From the NCBI GenBank assembly GCA_018920345.1, contig JAHLMN010000007.1:2-64001 (forward strand): a stretch of DNA of 64,000 nt. Reading direction: 5' to 3'. The notes beneath the pieces are model-generated. The model did no database searches. It saw only the letters and a list, made by a program, of their open reading frames with translations, and was not told where the DNA came from. Below, in pieces: positions 37,261 to 46,724 of the stretch. Each line of letters opens with the position of its first letter. Positions within the stretch are counted from its first letter, which is position 1. A program made the translations under genes and the position numbers. This DNA is from Candidatus Aenigmatarchaeota archaeon. GTDB taxonomy: Archaea > Aenigmatarchaeota > Aenigmatarchaeia > CG10238-14.

Positions 37261-37314
37261 TTTAAGGGAGACGCGAAATTCTCGGCCCACCCCATCGGTT
37301 TTGTCTCCCTTAAA
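37261..37314. other. GC-rich perfect inverted repeat / hairpin element (12-bp stem, 30-nt loop); candidate small structured RNA or operator
   Basis: TTTAAGGGAGAC (37261-37272) is the exact reverse complement of GTCTCCCTTAAA (37303-37314). The loop is gcgaaattctcggcccaccccatcggtttt. Lies in the divergent intergenic region. Confidence 0.6.
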
Positions 37315-37460
37315 GCTCTAAATTATTATAAAAAATTAAAACTTATAAAAAATTCTTAAAAATCTTGTGTTATTATCAATTGTTTTTTTAGAAATTCAAA
37401 AAAAATAATAGATATATTATTATAATAAAATTTATAATATTTTAATTCTTATTATAATTT

Positions 37461-38396
37461 ATGCAATTCTTAGTTGAAGAGGATAAAGATGGCCAGAAAG
37501 TTTATGATACAAAAATATTAAATAATCCGAAGTCTTTATCAGCTTTTTCAAATGATTTATGTTTTAAAATAATAAAAGAAATCTCTAAATCCCCATCATG
37601 TGCAATGGATATTGCAAGAAAATTGAAACAGCATGAACAAAAAATTTATTATCATATGAGAAAATTAGAAAAACTTGGAATAATAAAACTTGAAAGTTTA
37701 GAAGAAAGGGTCGGCGCTACTGCAAAAATATATTCTTTATCTTCACCTACATTTTCATTTAAAGTAACAGATGATTATTATACAAGAAATCTTAAATTAA
37801 AACCAGCTGAAATAAAATTTTTGAAACCTTTTGTAGAAGATAGTAAATTTAATGCTTTGATTATAGTTGGCAGTCCTGATCCCCATGGAAAATATAAAGC
37901 ACCTGCTTCGGATGGATATTGTGTAATTAATTTAGGAGCATATTTAGGTCAATTTGTTTCCAATGTAAAACTTCCTATATATAAATTAGATACTCAAATA
38001 AATGAAAATGATCTCAAAAAAAATTTAATAATTATAGGTGGGCCTAAAACAAATATTATTTCAGAAAAAATAAATAACAAATTGCCAATTTATTTTAACT
38101 ATTCGGATGAATTTTTAGATTGGACTATTATATCAACTTTATCAAAGAAAATTTACAAAGAAAAAGAAGTTGGAGTTATAGAAAGAATAAAAAATCCATT
38201 TGCTGAAGATAAAGAAATATTATTTATGTCAGGAAAGGGTTTCAGAGGAACTTTGTCTGCTGTAATAGCATTTACAAAATATCTAAAAGATTTTGCAAAA
38301 GGAAATGAGTATAATAATGATATTTTTGCAAAAGTAGTAAGAGGTATAGATGAAGACTCTGATGGCATTGTTGATGATGTAGAATTTCTAGAATAA
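37461..38396 (+). CDS. ArsR-like winged-helix protein with an uncharacterised C-terminal domain
   Basis: wHTH segment CFKIIKEISKSPSCAMDIARKLKQHEQKIYYHMRKLEKLGIIK. A ~190-aa C-terminal domain of unknown function. Confidence 0.6.
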   Translation: MQFLVEEDKDGQKVYDTKILNNPKSLSAFSNDLCFKIIKEISKSPSCAMDIARKLKQHEQKIYYHMRKLEKLGIIKLESLEERVGATAKIYSLSSPTFSFKVTDDYYTRNLKLKPAEIKFLKPFVEDSKFNALIIVGSPDPHGKYKAPASDGYCVINLGAYLGQFVSNVKLPIYKLDTQINENDLKKNLIIIGGPKTNIISEKINNKLPIYFNYSDEFLDWTIISTLSKKIYKEKEVGVIERIKNPFAEDKEILFMSGKGFRGTLSAVIAFTKYLKDFAKGNEYNNDIFAKVVRGIDEDSDGIVDDVEFLE

Positions 38397-38399
38397 AAA

Positions 38400-39344
38400 T
38401 TAAAAAATTTTATTGGATATAAATTGAATTATTATATAAATAATGTAAAAAATTACTAGATACAAACCTTCTTTTTTTGTTAAGGTTTTTTCCGTTTTAA
38501 AAAAAATAATTAATATTATAGAAGATATTGTCATAGCTGTACCTGAAATAAATATAATAATTGTATCAAAAGAAAAAGGATGTATAATAGACATTATTCC
38601 TAAAATTATTGTTGAATTTATAATAACTGTTCCAAATATATCTCCTATAGATAAGCTTTCTAAATTTTCTCTGGCTGATCTTATTGAAAAAATTGTTTCC
38701 GGCAAGCACACACCCAAAGAAACTATAGTTAAACTTAAAATTTCTATTGGGATTTTTATTTCTTTTGCTATCTCAACACCTAAATTAACCGTAAAATCTG
38801 CACTATATAAAAGAAAAATTATACTTATGATGAAAATCAAAAAATAAAGTGTTATATTTTTAATTTTTATTTTATTTGTGCTTCTCTTAAATAAATTGGC
38901 TTGAATAAAAAGATGTAAAAAGAAAAATATACCTATAAAAACAAGTATTATACCATCTAAACGTGAATAGTTTCCATCTAAACCCAAAAGAAATGGAAAT
39001 ATTAGAATTAATAAAAATATTAAATTCTTGTTAATGATAATACTTTTTATTTTTATTCCGTTATATGAAAATAAAGACACTAAACCAAAAACAAATGTTA
39101 AATCTGCTATTGTAGAGCCGAATAATGTTCCTAAACCAAACTGAGGTTTTTGTTTTACAGCTGAAATAATAGATATTGCTGCTTCAGGTATAACTGAAAT
39201 AAATGAAACTATGAAAAAACTTGTTATAAAATCTGGTAAATTTAATGATTTTGCTATTTTGTGAGAATATTTAACTGCATAATCTGCACTTTTTACTAGA
39301 ACAAATATAGACAAAAAAAATAAAATGATGTTTATTTGAAGCAT
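38400..39344 (-). CDS. Ca2+/cation antiporter (CaCA/YrbG family) membrane protein
   Basis: Two alpha-repeat regions (ISVIPEAAISI and LGVCLPETIFSI...GDIFGTVIINSTI). About 10 TM helices. Confidence 0.8.
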   Translation of the reverse strand: MLQINIILFFLSIFVLVKSADYAVKYSHKIAKSLNLPDFITSFFIVSFISVIPEAAISIISAVKQKPQFGLGTLFGSTIADLTFVFGLVSLFSYNGIKIKSIIINKNLIFLLILIFPFLLGLDGNYSRLDGIILVFIGIFFFLHLFIQANLFKRSTNKIKIKNITLYFLIFIISIIFLLYSADFTVNLGVEIAKEIKIPIEILSLTIVSLGVCLPETIFSIRSARENLESLSIGDIFGTVIINSTIILGIMSIIHPFSFDTIIIFISGTAMTISSIILIIFFKTEKTLTKKEGLYLVIFYIIYIIIQFISNKIF

Positions 39345-39386
39345 TTATAGATATTTTTAATTTTTAATATAAATTATTTAATAAAA

Positions 39387-39620
39387 TCATATATTTTTCA
39401 AAGCTCTTTCTATAGCAGGCTTATTAAAACCTATTATTATATTGTCGTCTATTTCTATTACAGGAACTCCCATTTGGCCAGATTTTTCTATCATCTCTCT
39501 AGCTGCTTCAATATCAGAAGAAACATCAACTTCTTCATATTCTATTTTTTTTAATTTAAAATATTGTTTTGCCATTTCGCAATAAGGGCATGTTGGTGTC
39601 GTATATATTTTCACTTTCAT
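39387..39620 (-). CDS. Glutaredoxin-like protein (CPYC)
   Basis: KIYTTPTCPYC active site and GVPVIEIDD, typical of the Grx/NrdH fold. 77 aa. Confidence 0.85.
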   Translation of the reverse strand: MKVKIYTTPTCPYCEMAKQYFKLKKIEYEEVDVSSDIEAAREMIEKSGQMGVPVIEIDDNIIIGFNKPAIERALKNI

Positions 39621-39673
39621 AAAATCACAATTTATTTATTAAGTTAAAATATATAATATTTTTGGTGAAATTG

Positions 39674-40087
39674 ATGGATAAACAAAAAGTTTTGAAAGAA
39701 TTGAATCATGCATTGACTACAGAATATCAGGCAGTAATTCAATATTTAACACATGCTACAATAGCTAAAGGCATAGATTCGGATGCGGTTATATCACTTT
39801 TAAAACATATAGCAGAAGAAGAAATGAAGCACGCTGAAATATTAAGAGAAAGAATATTTTGGCTTGGTGGCACACCAACAATGGACGTTGATGAAAGAAC
39901 ACTTGTTAAAGATATTAAACAAATGTTAAAAGTAAACGCAAAAGCAGAGGAAGATGCTATAAAAATGTATAAAGGAATTCTAAAAATGCTTAACCATATA
40001 GAAGACATAGAAATATATGAAGCAATAGAAGAAATACTAGAAGATGAGATAGAGCATTGGGAGGAATTCACAAGGCTGCAAGATTAA
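39674..40087 (+). CDS. Ferritin-like / bacterioferritin-family four-helix-bundle protein
   Basis: Di-iron ligand pattern E..Y...H (TEYQAVIQYLTH), EEEMKHAE, EEDAIKMY, EDEIEHWEE. GGTGA SD before the ATG at 39674. Confidence 0.75.
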   Translation: MDKQKVLKELNHALTTEYQAVIQYLTHATIAKGIDSDAVISLLKHIAEEEMKHAEILRERIFWLGGTPTMDVDERTLVKDIKQMLKVNAKAEEDAIKMYKGILKMLNHIEDIEIYEAIEEILEDEIEHWEEFTRLQD

Positions 40088-40091
40088 TTTT

Positions 40092-40790
40092 TTATTTTTT
40101 ACTTATATATATTTCCTTGAAAAAATCCTCTTGCTCAGCTGTTATATCACCTCTATTGGCCAAATATAATAAAGGTAAAAAATGTTTTACAATTTCTTCT
40201 CTTTCCCATTTATCAACTAACCTTGAAAACTCTACTTTTTCTTTTTTTAACAATTTAGTCAAATCTTCTATTTCTTTAAGCAAATTTTCAATTCTTTTTT
40301 CAATATCCTCTTCACTAACATTTATATGATTTGCAACTTTTTTACCTAATGCATGTCTTCTATATTCTTTTCTTTCTTTTACTTTCATTGCTTTTCTTAG
40401 AGCTTCAACCAATTCATCTAAAGTAACTGTTCTTGTAGGCATACGTTCCAAAGGAGGAGTAAGTTTTATTTGTTGTAATTTTTCTCTTAATTCTTTGAAT
40501 TCATCTTCATTTATTTCTGGTATTACACTTTCTTCTTCTTTCTCTTTTGGAAACAGTGTCTCTGTCTTTAACTTAAGTAATATTGCCGCAACAAAAACTA
40601 TTTTTGCAGGGATTCTAAAATCAAGCATTTTTATATTCTCGATGTATCTCAAAAAAGAATCAGCAAGTTTTACTATGTCTATGTCCCAGGGATCTAAGCC
40701 TTCTATGCTTACTATATTATAAATTACATCTTCCCATGATTCACTTTCCATAACAGTTTTTAGCAAATCTTGCTCTGTTAATTTATTCAT
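40092..40790 (-). CDS. scpA: Segregation and condensation protein A (kleisin ScpA)
   Basis: ScpA N-terminal pattern (GLDPWDIDIVKLADSFLRYI...FRIPAKIVFVAAILLKLK). Overlaps the smc stop. Confidence 0.8.
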   Translation of the reverse strand: MNKLTEQDLLKTVMESESWEDVIYNIVSIEGLDPWDIDIVKLADSFLRYIENIKMLDFRIPAKIVFVAAILLKLKTETLFPKEKEEESVIPEINEDEFKELREKLQQIKLTPPLERMPTRTVTLDELVEALRKAMKVKERKEYRRHALGKKVANHINVSEEDIEKRIENLLKEIEDLTKLLKKEKVEFSRLVDKWEREEIVKHFLPLLYLANRGDITAEQEDFFKEIYISKK

Positions 40791-43278
40791 TAGGCATCTC
40801 CAGTCCTAATATCTTTGATTCACCATTTTCCATAGCAACGCCATAAACTTTGTCAGCTTGTTTAATTGTATAATCGTTATGTGAAATTAGTATAAATTGA
40901 TCCTTTTCTGATAGTTTTTTGACCATGTCTATAATTTTTTTAGTATTCAATTTATCAAGAAATGCATCTATCTCGTCAAGTATATAAAATGGAGCTGGTT
41001 TATACATTTGTACAGCAAACAAGAAAGCTAAAGCTGTTACTGACTTTTCTCCACCTGACATTGCATCTATATTTAAAACAGCTTTGCCAGTAGGATTTGC
41101 TTTAATGATCAAACCGCTTTCAATATTTAGTGGGTCTTCCAATTCTAAAGAAGCTTCACCACCAACTATCTCTTTGAATACTTTTTGAAAATTTTCATTA
41201 ATACCGCTCAAAGTTGCATAAAATACTTCTTTTCTCTTCTCTTCTATTTTTTCTATCATCTCGATTATTGATTGCTTCTCTTTATTTATAGTATCATACT
41301 TTTGTTTTAACTCATCGAACTCTATTTTAAAAGCATCATATTCTTCTATAGCCTTCATGTTAACTAAGCCCAAAGAATTTAACTCTCTAACAGCATCCTG
41401 TATTCTCATCTCAAGTATTTCTGGTTTTTCATCTATGAATTCAATATCGCCGTATCTCTCTGCTTCAATTCTATAATTTTCTAACTCTGCTTCTAGTTTT
41501 GCTGCTTTTATTTTTGTTTTATTTATTTTATTTTGTAAAACAATTCTTTCCTCATATAATTGCTTTCTTTTATCTTTCAATTCTTCTATATCTTGCTCTA
41601 TTTTCTTTCTTTCTTCTTCTAGTAAAGCTATTTCTTTATCTTCTTTTTCTTCACTCTTCTTTAATTCTTCCATTTTTTTCTCTATTTGTTCTATTTCAAC
41701 TCTCAAAAAGTTTATCTCTTCAGCCAATTCTCTTTTTGCTTGCATATATTCACTTATTTCTTTATCCGGGCCAAACATCTCCTTTTTCTGATAAAAACCT
41801 CCTATCATTGCACCTGTTGGCTCTATTAAATCTCCATCAAGTGTGACCATTCTGATACTTCCTATACCAATATCTCTAGCAACTCCTAAATTTTCAACGA
41901 TAATAGTATCTCCGAAAACATGCTCAACAGCAGCAGCATATTTTCTATCATAATTTATTAGATCTGTTATTAGTCCTATTACTCCGGGTTTTTTCAATAT
42001 AGCTTTTTGTTCAGGTGATAATTTTTTTGGTTTTATTTTGTTTAAAGGTAAAAATGTCGCTCTTCCTATTTTTTCTCTTTTCAAATAATTTATACATTCA
42101 GTTGCAATCAAAGTATCTTCAACAACTATATTTTGTAATCTATTTCCACCAGCAACTTCTATTGCTATCTCATATTCATTAGGTACTTGAATAAGTTGAC
42201 TTATGACACCATAAACTCCTTTTCTATTCAAATCAAGTATAGCCTGAACGGCCTTACCAAAATCTTTTCTTTCTTGTTTCAAAAACTCCAACTTTTCAAT
42301 CATTTGATTTATTCTGTCTATCTCTCTTGTATGTGCATCTATTCTTGCTTCATTTCTGAAAATTCTATTTCTCAATTCTTCTATTTCTTGTCTCAAGTAA
42401 CTTCCTTTCGAACGAACAAACATTTTGTTTGCTATTTCCTCTTTTCTGGCTTCTGCTAACTCTAAATCTTTTTCTACTTTTTTTATCTCATCTTCTAACT
42501 CCTTTATTTCTGTTTCTACGTCCAATGCTTCGCTATCAGCTTTTTTAAAATCATTAAGTAAATAATTGTATTTTTGTTTAGCCAAAGAAGCTTTCAAAAT
42601 CTCTAAATTCTTTTGTAAATCTTTATATCTTAAAGCGATATTTCTATCATTTTCTAACTCAACTAATCTTTGCATTCTCTCAGAAATAACTATTTCAACT
42701 TCCTTTAGCTTTAATTCAACTTTTTCTAGATTTGCTTTAGCTTTCTCTTTTTTTTCGTTATATTGACTTATACCAGAAATATCATCTATTATGAGCCTTC
42801 TTTCTTCAGGTGTCATTTCTATAACTTCGTTAACATCACCCTGCATTATTATGTTGAAGCCATCAGGGTGTATTCTAGCTGCAGATAAAACCTCTAATAT
42901 TTTTTCTCTAGTTGTTGTTTTTCCATTTAATTTAAATAAACTCATCCCACTTTTATTCACTTTTCTAGTTATAGATATCTCTTCTTCTTCAAAAGGAAAT
43001 ATCTTGTTTTTATTATCAAACCATAATGTAACTGAAGCTTGATCAGCAGGTGGGATGCTTTTGCTACCATGATATATTAAATCATGAAGTTTATCTGCTC
43101 TTAAAGATTTTATAGAAGTTCTTCCCAGTGCAAAACATATTGCATCTAATATGTTTGTCTTTCCCGACCCGTTAGGCCCTGCTATTACAGTTAAGCCTGG
43201 AAATAATGGTATAGATACTCTTTTTCTGAATGATTTAAAGCCCTGCATACTTATTTTGGTAATTCTGGTTTCGGCCAT
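40783..43278 (-). CDS. smc: SMC chromosome segregation ATPase (unusually short, ~831 aa)
   Basis: Walker A GPNGSGKTN, hinge (GVYGVISQLIQVPNEYEIAIEVAGGNRLQNIVVE), signature MSGGEKS, Walker B FYILDEIDAFLD. Confidence 0.9.
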   Translation of the reverse strand: MAETRITKISMQGFKSFRKRVSIPLFPGLTVIAGPNGSGKTNILDAICFALGRTSIKSLRADKLHDLIYHGSKSIPPADQASVTLWFDNKNKIFPFEEEEISITRKVNKSGMSLFKLNGKTTTREKILEVLSAARIHPDGFNIIMQGDVNEVIEMTPEERRLIIDDISGISQYNEKKEKAKANLEKVELKLKEVEIVISERMQRLVELENDRNIALRYKDLQKNLEILKASLAKQKYNYLLNDFKKADSEALDVETEIKELEDEIKKVEKDLELAEARKEEIANKMFVRSKGSYLRQEIEELRNRIFRNEARIDAHTREIDRINQMIEKLEFLKQERKDFGKAVQAILDLNRKGVYGVISQLIQVPNEYEIAIEVAGGNRLQNIVVEDTLIATECINYLKREKIGRATFLPLNKIKPKKLSPEQKAILKKPGVIGLITDLINYDRKYAAAVEHVFGDTIIVENLGVARDIGIGSIRMVTLDGDLIEPTGAMIGGFYQKKEMFGPDKEISEYMQAKRELAEEINFLRVEIEQIEKKMEELKKSEEKEDKEIALLEEERKKIEQDIEELKDKRKQLYEERIVLQNKINKTKIKAAKLEAELENYRIEAERYGDIEFIDEKPEILEMRIQDAVRELNSLGLVNMKAIEEYDAFKIEFDELKQKYDTINKEKQSIIEMIEKIEEKRKEVFYATLSGINENFQKVFKEIVGGEASLELEDPLNIESGLIIKANPTGKAVLNIDAMSGGEKSVTALAFLFAVQMYKPAPFYILDEIDAFLDKLNTKKIIDMVKKLSEKDQFILISHNDYTIKQADKVYGVAMENGESKILGLEMPNE

Positions 43279-43317
43279 AATGATCAGCAATAAAATAATA
43301 GTTATTCAAATCTAAAT

Positions 43318-45951
43318 TTAAAAAGGCAAGTAATTATATTTTCTTTTCTTTATTTCTCCTAATATTAAAATAGATGATGCTAAAGAAACTGACAGTAAAA
43401 ACTCCTTTAAAGATAAAAGTTCCAAGCCCATTATTTTCAAAAACAATGGGCTAAATATAGCTAATGTCTGAAGTAAAACAGATAAAGAAAATAAAATCAC
43501 AAAGGTCAAATTATCCTTGATTTTCATTTTGAAAATAGATGTTTTTTCAGATCTACAATTCAATGCATTAAAAAGTTCAAACCATACCATTGTGTTGAAA
43601 GCAAAAATAGTTGCTTTTGATAAATTTTGTTTTGAATAAATAAAATAAAGTAAGAATACTCCTAAAAATATAACTAAAGATTGGCCTATTATTCTTTTTA
43701 TCACATTTTTATTTAAAAATCCTTGTTTAGGATCTTTTGGTTTTTCTTTTAATAAATCTTTTTCTCCTCTTTCAAAAGCAAAACCAGCAGCAGGAATTCC
43801 TTCTGTAATTATATTAAGCCATAGGATTTGCTTAGCTGTATATGGAAATGGTAATCCAGATAAAATACTTGCTAAAATAACAAATACTTCTGCTAATGAA
43901 GTAGAGACAAGATAAACAACAGAATTTTTTATATTTTGGTAAACTCTTCTTCCTTCTTCTATTGCATGAACTATAGTGTTAAAATCTTCTTCAACTAAAA
44001 TTATATCACTAGCTTCTTTTGCAACCTCCGTACCTCTGCCCATTGAAATACCGACTTCGGACATTTTTAATGCAGGTGCGTCGTTTATTCCATCACCGGT
44101 TACTAAAACTCTATGGCCTTTTTCCCTTAATGCTTGAACAATTTTTATTTTATGTTCAGGTGTTATTCTTGCAAAAACATCAACATCATCAACTATTTCA
44201 ACAAGTTTTTCAAATGTTATAGCATTCATGTCTTTTCCATTAATAACTTTTTTCACTTTCATTCCAGCTTCTTTTGCAACATATATTGCAGTTAATTCAT
44301 GATCACCTGTTATTATCTTTACATTTATTCCAGCTTCTTTGCATCTTTTTAAAGCATCTTTAGCTTCTGGCCTAGGAGGATCAATCATACCCACAATGCC
44401 GATGAAATATAAATTTGTTTCAGCATTACTTGGTTTTGGTTTGTCAATTTTCTTGTATGCTAAAGCCAGTGTTCTTAAACCACGAGATGCCATGTCTTTA
44501 GCTTGATTAAGTAATAATTTCTTTTTTCTTTCTGTTAACAACTTACCGTCAAAATCATAACTGCATTTATCTATTATTACTTCAGGAGCACCTTTTGAAA
44601 AAATAAAACTGTCTCTTTCTTTGTAAGCAACAGTCATCATTTTTCTTTCAGAATCGAAAGGTATTTCAAAGATCAAATTTTCTTCTGTTTTTTCTATTTC
44701 TATGTTTGCTTTTTTAGCTAAAACCAACAAAGCTCCTTCTATTGGTGAACCCATTATCCAATAATTACCTGTATCATTCTTCAATAAAGTATTATTACAA
44801 ATAACCCCTGTTTTTATAAGCATAAAGAGTCTTTCATCTTTCTTAGGTTCAATCTTTTTGTTTTCAACAAAAAACTCACCTTGTGGCAAGTAACCACTAC
44901 CAGTTACAATAATTTTTTTATTTGTGTAAATTTCTTTTACAGTTAATTCATTTCTTGTCAATGTTCCAGTTTTATCAGTACAAATGACATCAACACTAGA
45001 AAGACTTTCTATAGCAACAAATTTTCTTACTAATGCCTTTCTCTTTGCCATTATATTGGCACCAACAGCTAAAGAGACTGTAATTATTATTGGTAAACTT
45101 TCAGGAACAGTAGAAATAGCTAGAGCCAAAACAGCCAAAAATGCATATTTTAAATTCATACCTTGAGCTATTACAACTAGAAATATTATGACACAAATTG
45201 ATAACAGCAATATAGTTAATTGTTTACCTAGTTTGTCAATTTCACTTCTCAAAGGAGATTTTTCTTCCTCTTGAGCAACTAGTCTAGCAATTTTACCTAT
45301 TTCTGTTTTACTTCCTGTTTCTGTGACTATCGCTATACATCTACCATGAGTTACAGTAGAGCCAGAATAAAGCATGTTAATTCTATCTGATATTTCTACA
45401 TCTTCTTTTATTGGTTCTTGAGTCTTTTTTATTGGAACAGATTCCCCTGTCAATAAAGATTCGTCAACTTCTAAAGAATGAGATTCAACTATTCTTGCAT
45501 CTGCCGGTACTTTATCTCCAGCTAATAAAACAATTAAATCACCAGGAACCAAGTCGTCAGATGTTATTTCTATTTGTTTTCCATCTCTAATAACTTTGAC
45601 TTTAGGTAAAGTCATCTTTTTTAGTTGTTTAATAATTTTTTCTGCTTTATATTCTTGAAAAAATCCTATAACTACAATTATTATAGTAAAAGCCATTATT
45701 AAGAAAAAATCTATCATTTCATTAACAATTAAAGAGATTAAAGCAGCTATAATAAGCAAAATTATCATGAAACTTTTTAATTGATTAAAAATTATTTTGA
45801 AAATGTTTATACTATACTCTTCATAAATTATGTTTTTCTTAAAAATTCTTCTTCTCTTCTCTACTTCATCATTTGTTAATCCATTTCTAGATGAACCTAA
45901 TTGTTTGATAACTTCGTCTGCAGAAAATTTATACCATTCTTTATTGTCCAT
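43318..45951 (-). CDS. Cation-transporting P-type ATPase (type II, Ca2+/Na+-like)
   Basis: TGES, PESLP, DKTGTLT, TGDHELTA, VTGDGINDAPALK. About 10 TM helices. The ATG at 45951 sits just downstream of the upstream gene's stop. Confidence 0.92.
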   Translation of the reverse strand: MDNKEWYKFSADEVIKQLGSSRNGLTNDEVEKRRRIFKKNIIYEEYSINIFKIIFNQLKSFMIILLIIAALISLIVNEMIDFFLIMAFTIIIVVIGFFQEYKAEKIIKQLKKMTLPKVKVIRDGKQIEITSDDLVPGDLIVLLAGDKVPADARIVESHSLEVDESLLTGESVPIKKTQEPIKEDVEISDRINMLYSGSTVTHGRCIAIVTETGSKTEIGKIARLVAQEEEKSPLRSEIDKLGKQLTILLLSICVIIFLVVIAQGMNLKYAFLAVLALAISTVPESLPIIITVSLAVGANIMAKRKALVRKFVAIESLSSVDVICTDKTGTLTRNELTVKEIYTNKKIIVTGSGYLPQGEFFVENKKIEPKKDERLFMLIKTGVICNNTLLKNDTGNYWIMGSPIEGALLVLAKKANIEIEKTEENLIFEIPFDSERKMMTVAYKERDSFIFSKGAPEVIIDKCSYDFDGKLLTERKKKLLLNQAKDMASRGLRTLALAYKKIDKPKPSNAETNLYFIGIVGMIDPPRPEAKDALKRCKEAGINVKIITGDHELTAIYVAKEAGMKVKKVINGKDMNAITFEKLVEIVDDVDVFARITPEHKIKIVQALREKGHRVLVTGDGINDAPALKMSEVGISMGRGTEVAKEASDIILVEEDFNTIVHAIEEGRRVYQNIKNSVVYLVSTSLAEVFVILASILSGLPFPYTAKQILWLNIITEGIPAAGFAFERGEKDLLKEKPKDPKQGFLNKNVIKRIIGQSLVIFLGVFLLYFIYSKQNLSKATIFAFNTMVWFELFNALNCRSEKTSIFKMKIKDNLTFVILFSLSVLLQTLAIFSPLFLKIMGLELLSLKEFLLSVSLASSILILGEIKKRKYNYLPF

Positions 45952-45953
45952 AA

Positions 45954-46724
45954 CTAATACCTTGATAAAATTGATTTTACTTCTTTTAATAATTCTACTG
46001 AACCTTCTCTTGCCCAAATGTTTCTACCTAGAGCAAAACCTCTTGCTCCTGCTATTAAAGCGTTATTTATATTGTTCAAAAAATTTTCTTTTGTTTTAGC
46101 TTCAGGTCCACCAGCAACCAATAAAGGTACAAAACAATTTTTTACAACTTTTGTAAATGTTTCCCTGTTTCCTGTATAATATGTTTTTACTATATCACAA
46201 CCTATTTCAGCACCAACTCTAGCAGCATATTCAATTGCTTTAGCATCATATTTGTTTTTATATTTTGGCGATCTTGGATACATAAAACCTATTAAAGGCA
46301 TTCCAAGCTCTATACATCTTTTCTTTACTTGAGAAAATTGCTCAAACATATGATGTTCCATATCACTTCCCAAATAAATAGTAAATGCAACTGCATCTGC
46401 ACCTAAAAGAGCAGCTTCATCAACTGTTGTAACTAGAGATTGTATATGACTTTTATCATTAACTAAAGATGTTCTTGCTGTTAGTTTTATAATTAAAGCA
46501 AAATCTTTTGGCAAATAGTCTTTCACTATTCTAGCTGCACCAGAATGAAGTATTATGCCATTTGCTCCCCCATCTACAGCTATTTTTGCTATTTTTACTG
46601 GATGTAAATCGATATTAGGGTAAGCAATTGGACCATGCTCAACTGCATGATCAAAAGCTATAAGCAAAGATTTACCGTCCTTTAAAATTTTTTTCATTCT
46701 CTCTTTTTTGTTTTTATTAAACAT
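45954..46724 (-). CDS. Class I aldolase, DhnA/FbaB family (fructose-bisphosphate aldolase or ADH synthase)
   Basis: LLIAFDHAVEHGP, IIKLT (Schiff-base Lys region), DAVAFTIYLGS, CDIVKTYYTG, LLVAGGP. GGTGA SD before the ATG at 46724. Confidence 0.8.
   Translation of the reverse strand: MFNKNKKERMKKILKDGKSLLIAFDHAVEHGPIAYPNIDLHPVKIAKIAVDGGANGIILHSGAARIVKDYLPKDFALIIKLTARTSLVNDKSHIQSLVTTVDEAALLGADAVAFTIYLGSDMEHHMFEQFSQVKKRCIELGMPLIGFMYPRSPKYKNKYDAKAIEYAARVGAEIGCDIVKTYYTGNRETFTKVVKNCFVPLLVAGGPEAKTKENFLNNINNALIAGARGFALGRNIWAREGSVELLKEVKSILSRY

Noticed and set aside
37261-37314. Hairpin as an intrinsic terminator, or as a C/D-box or H/ACA guide RNA
   Set aside because: Both flanking genes are transcribed away from it. 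No oligo-T follows the stem on either strand. No RUGAUGA/CUGA boxes or ACA tail are present.
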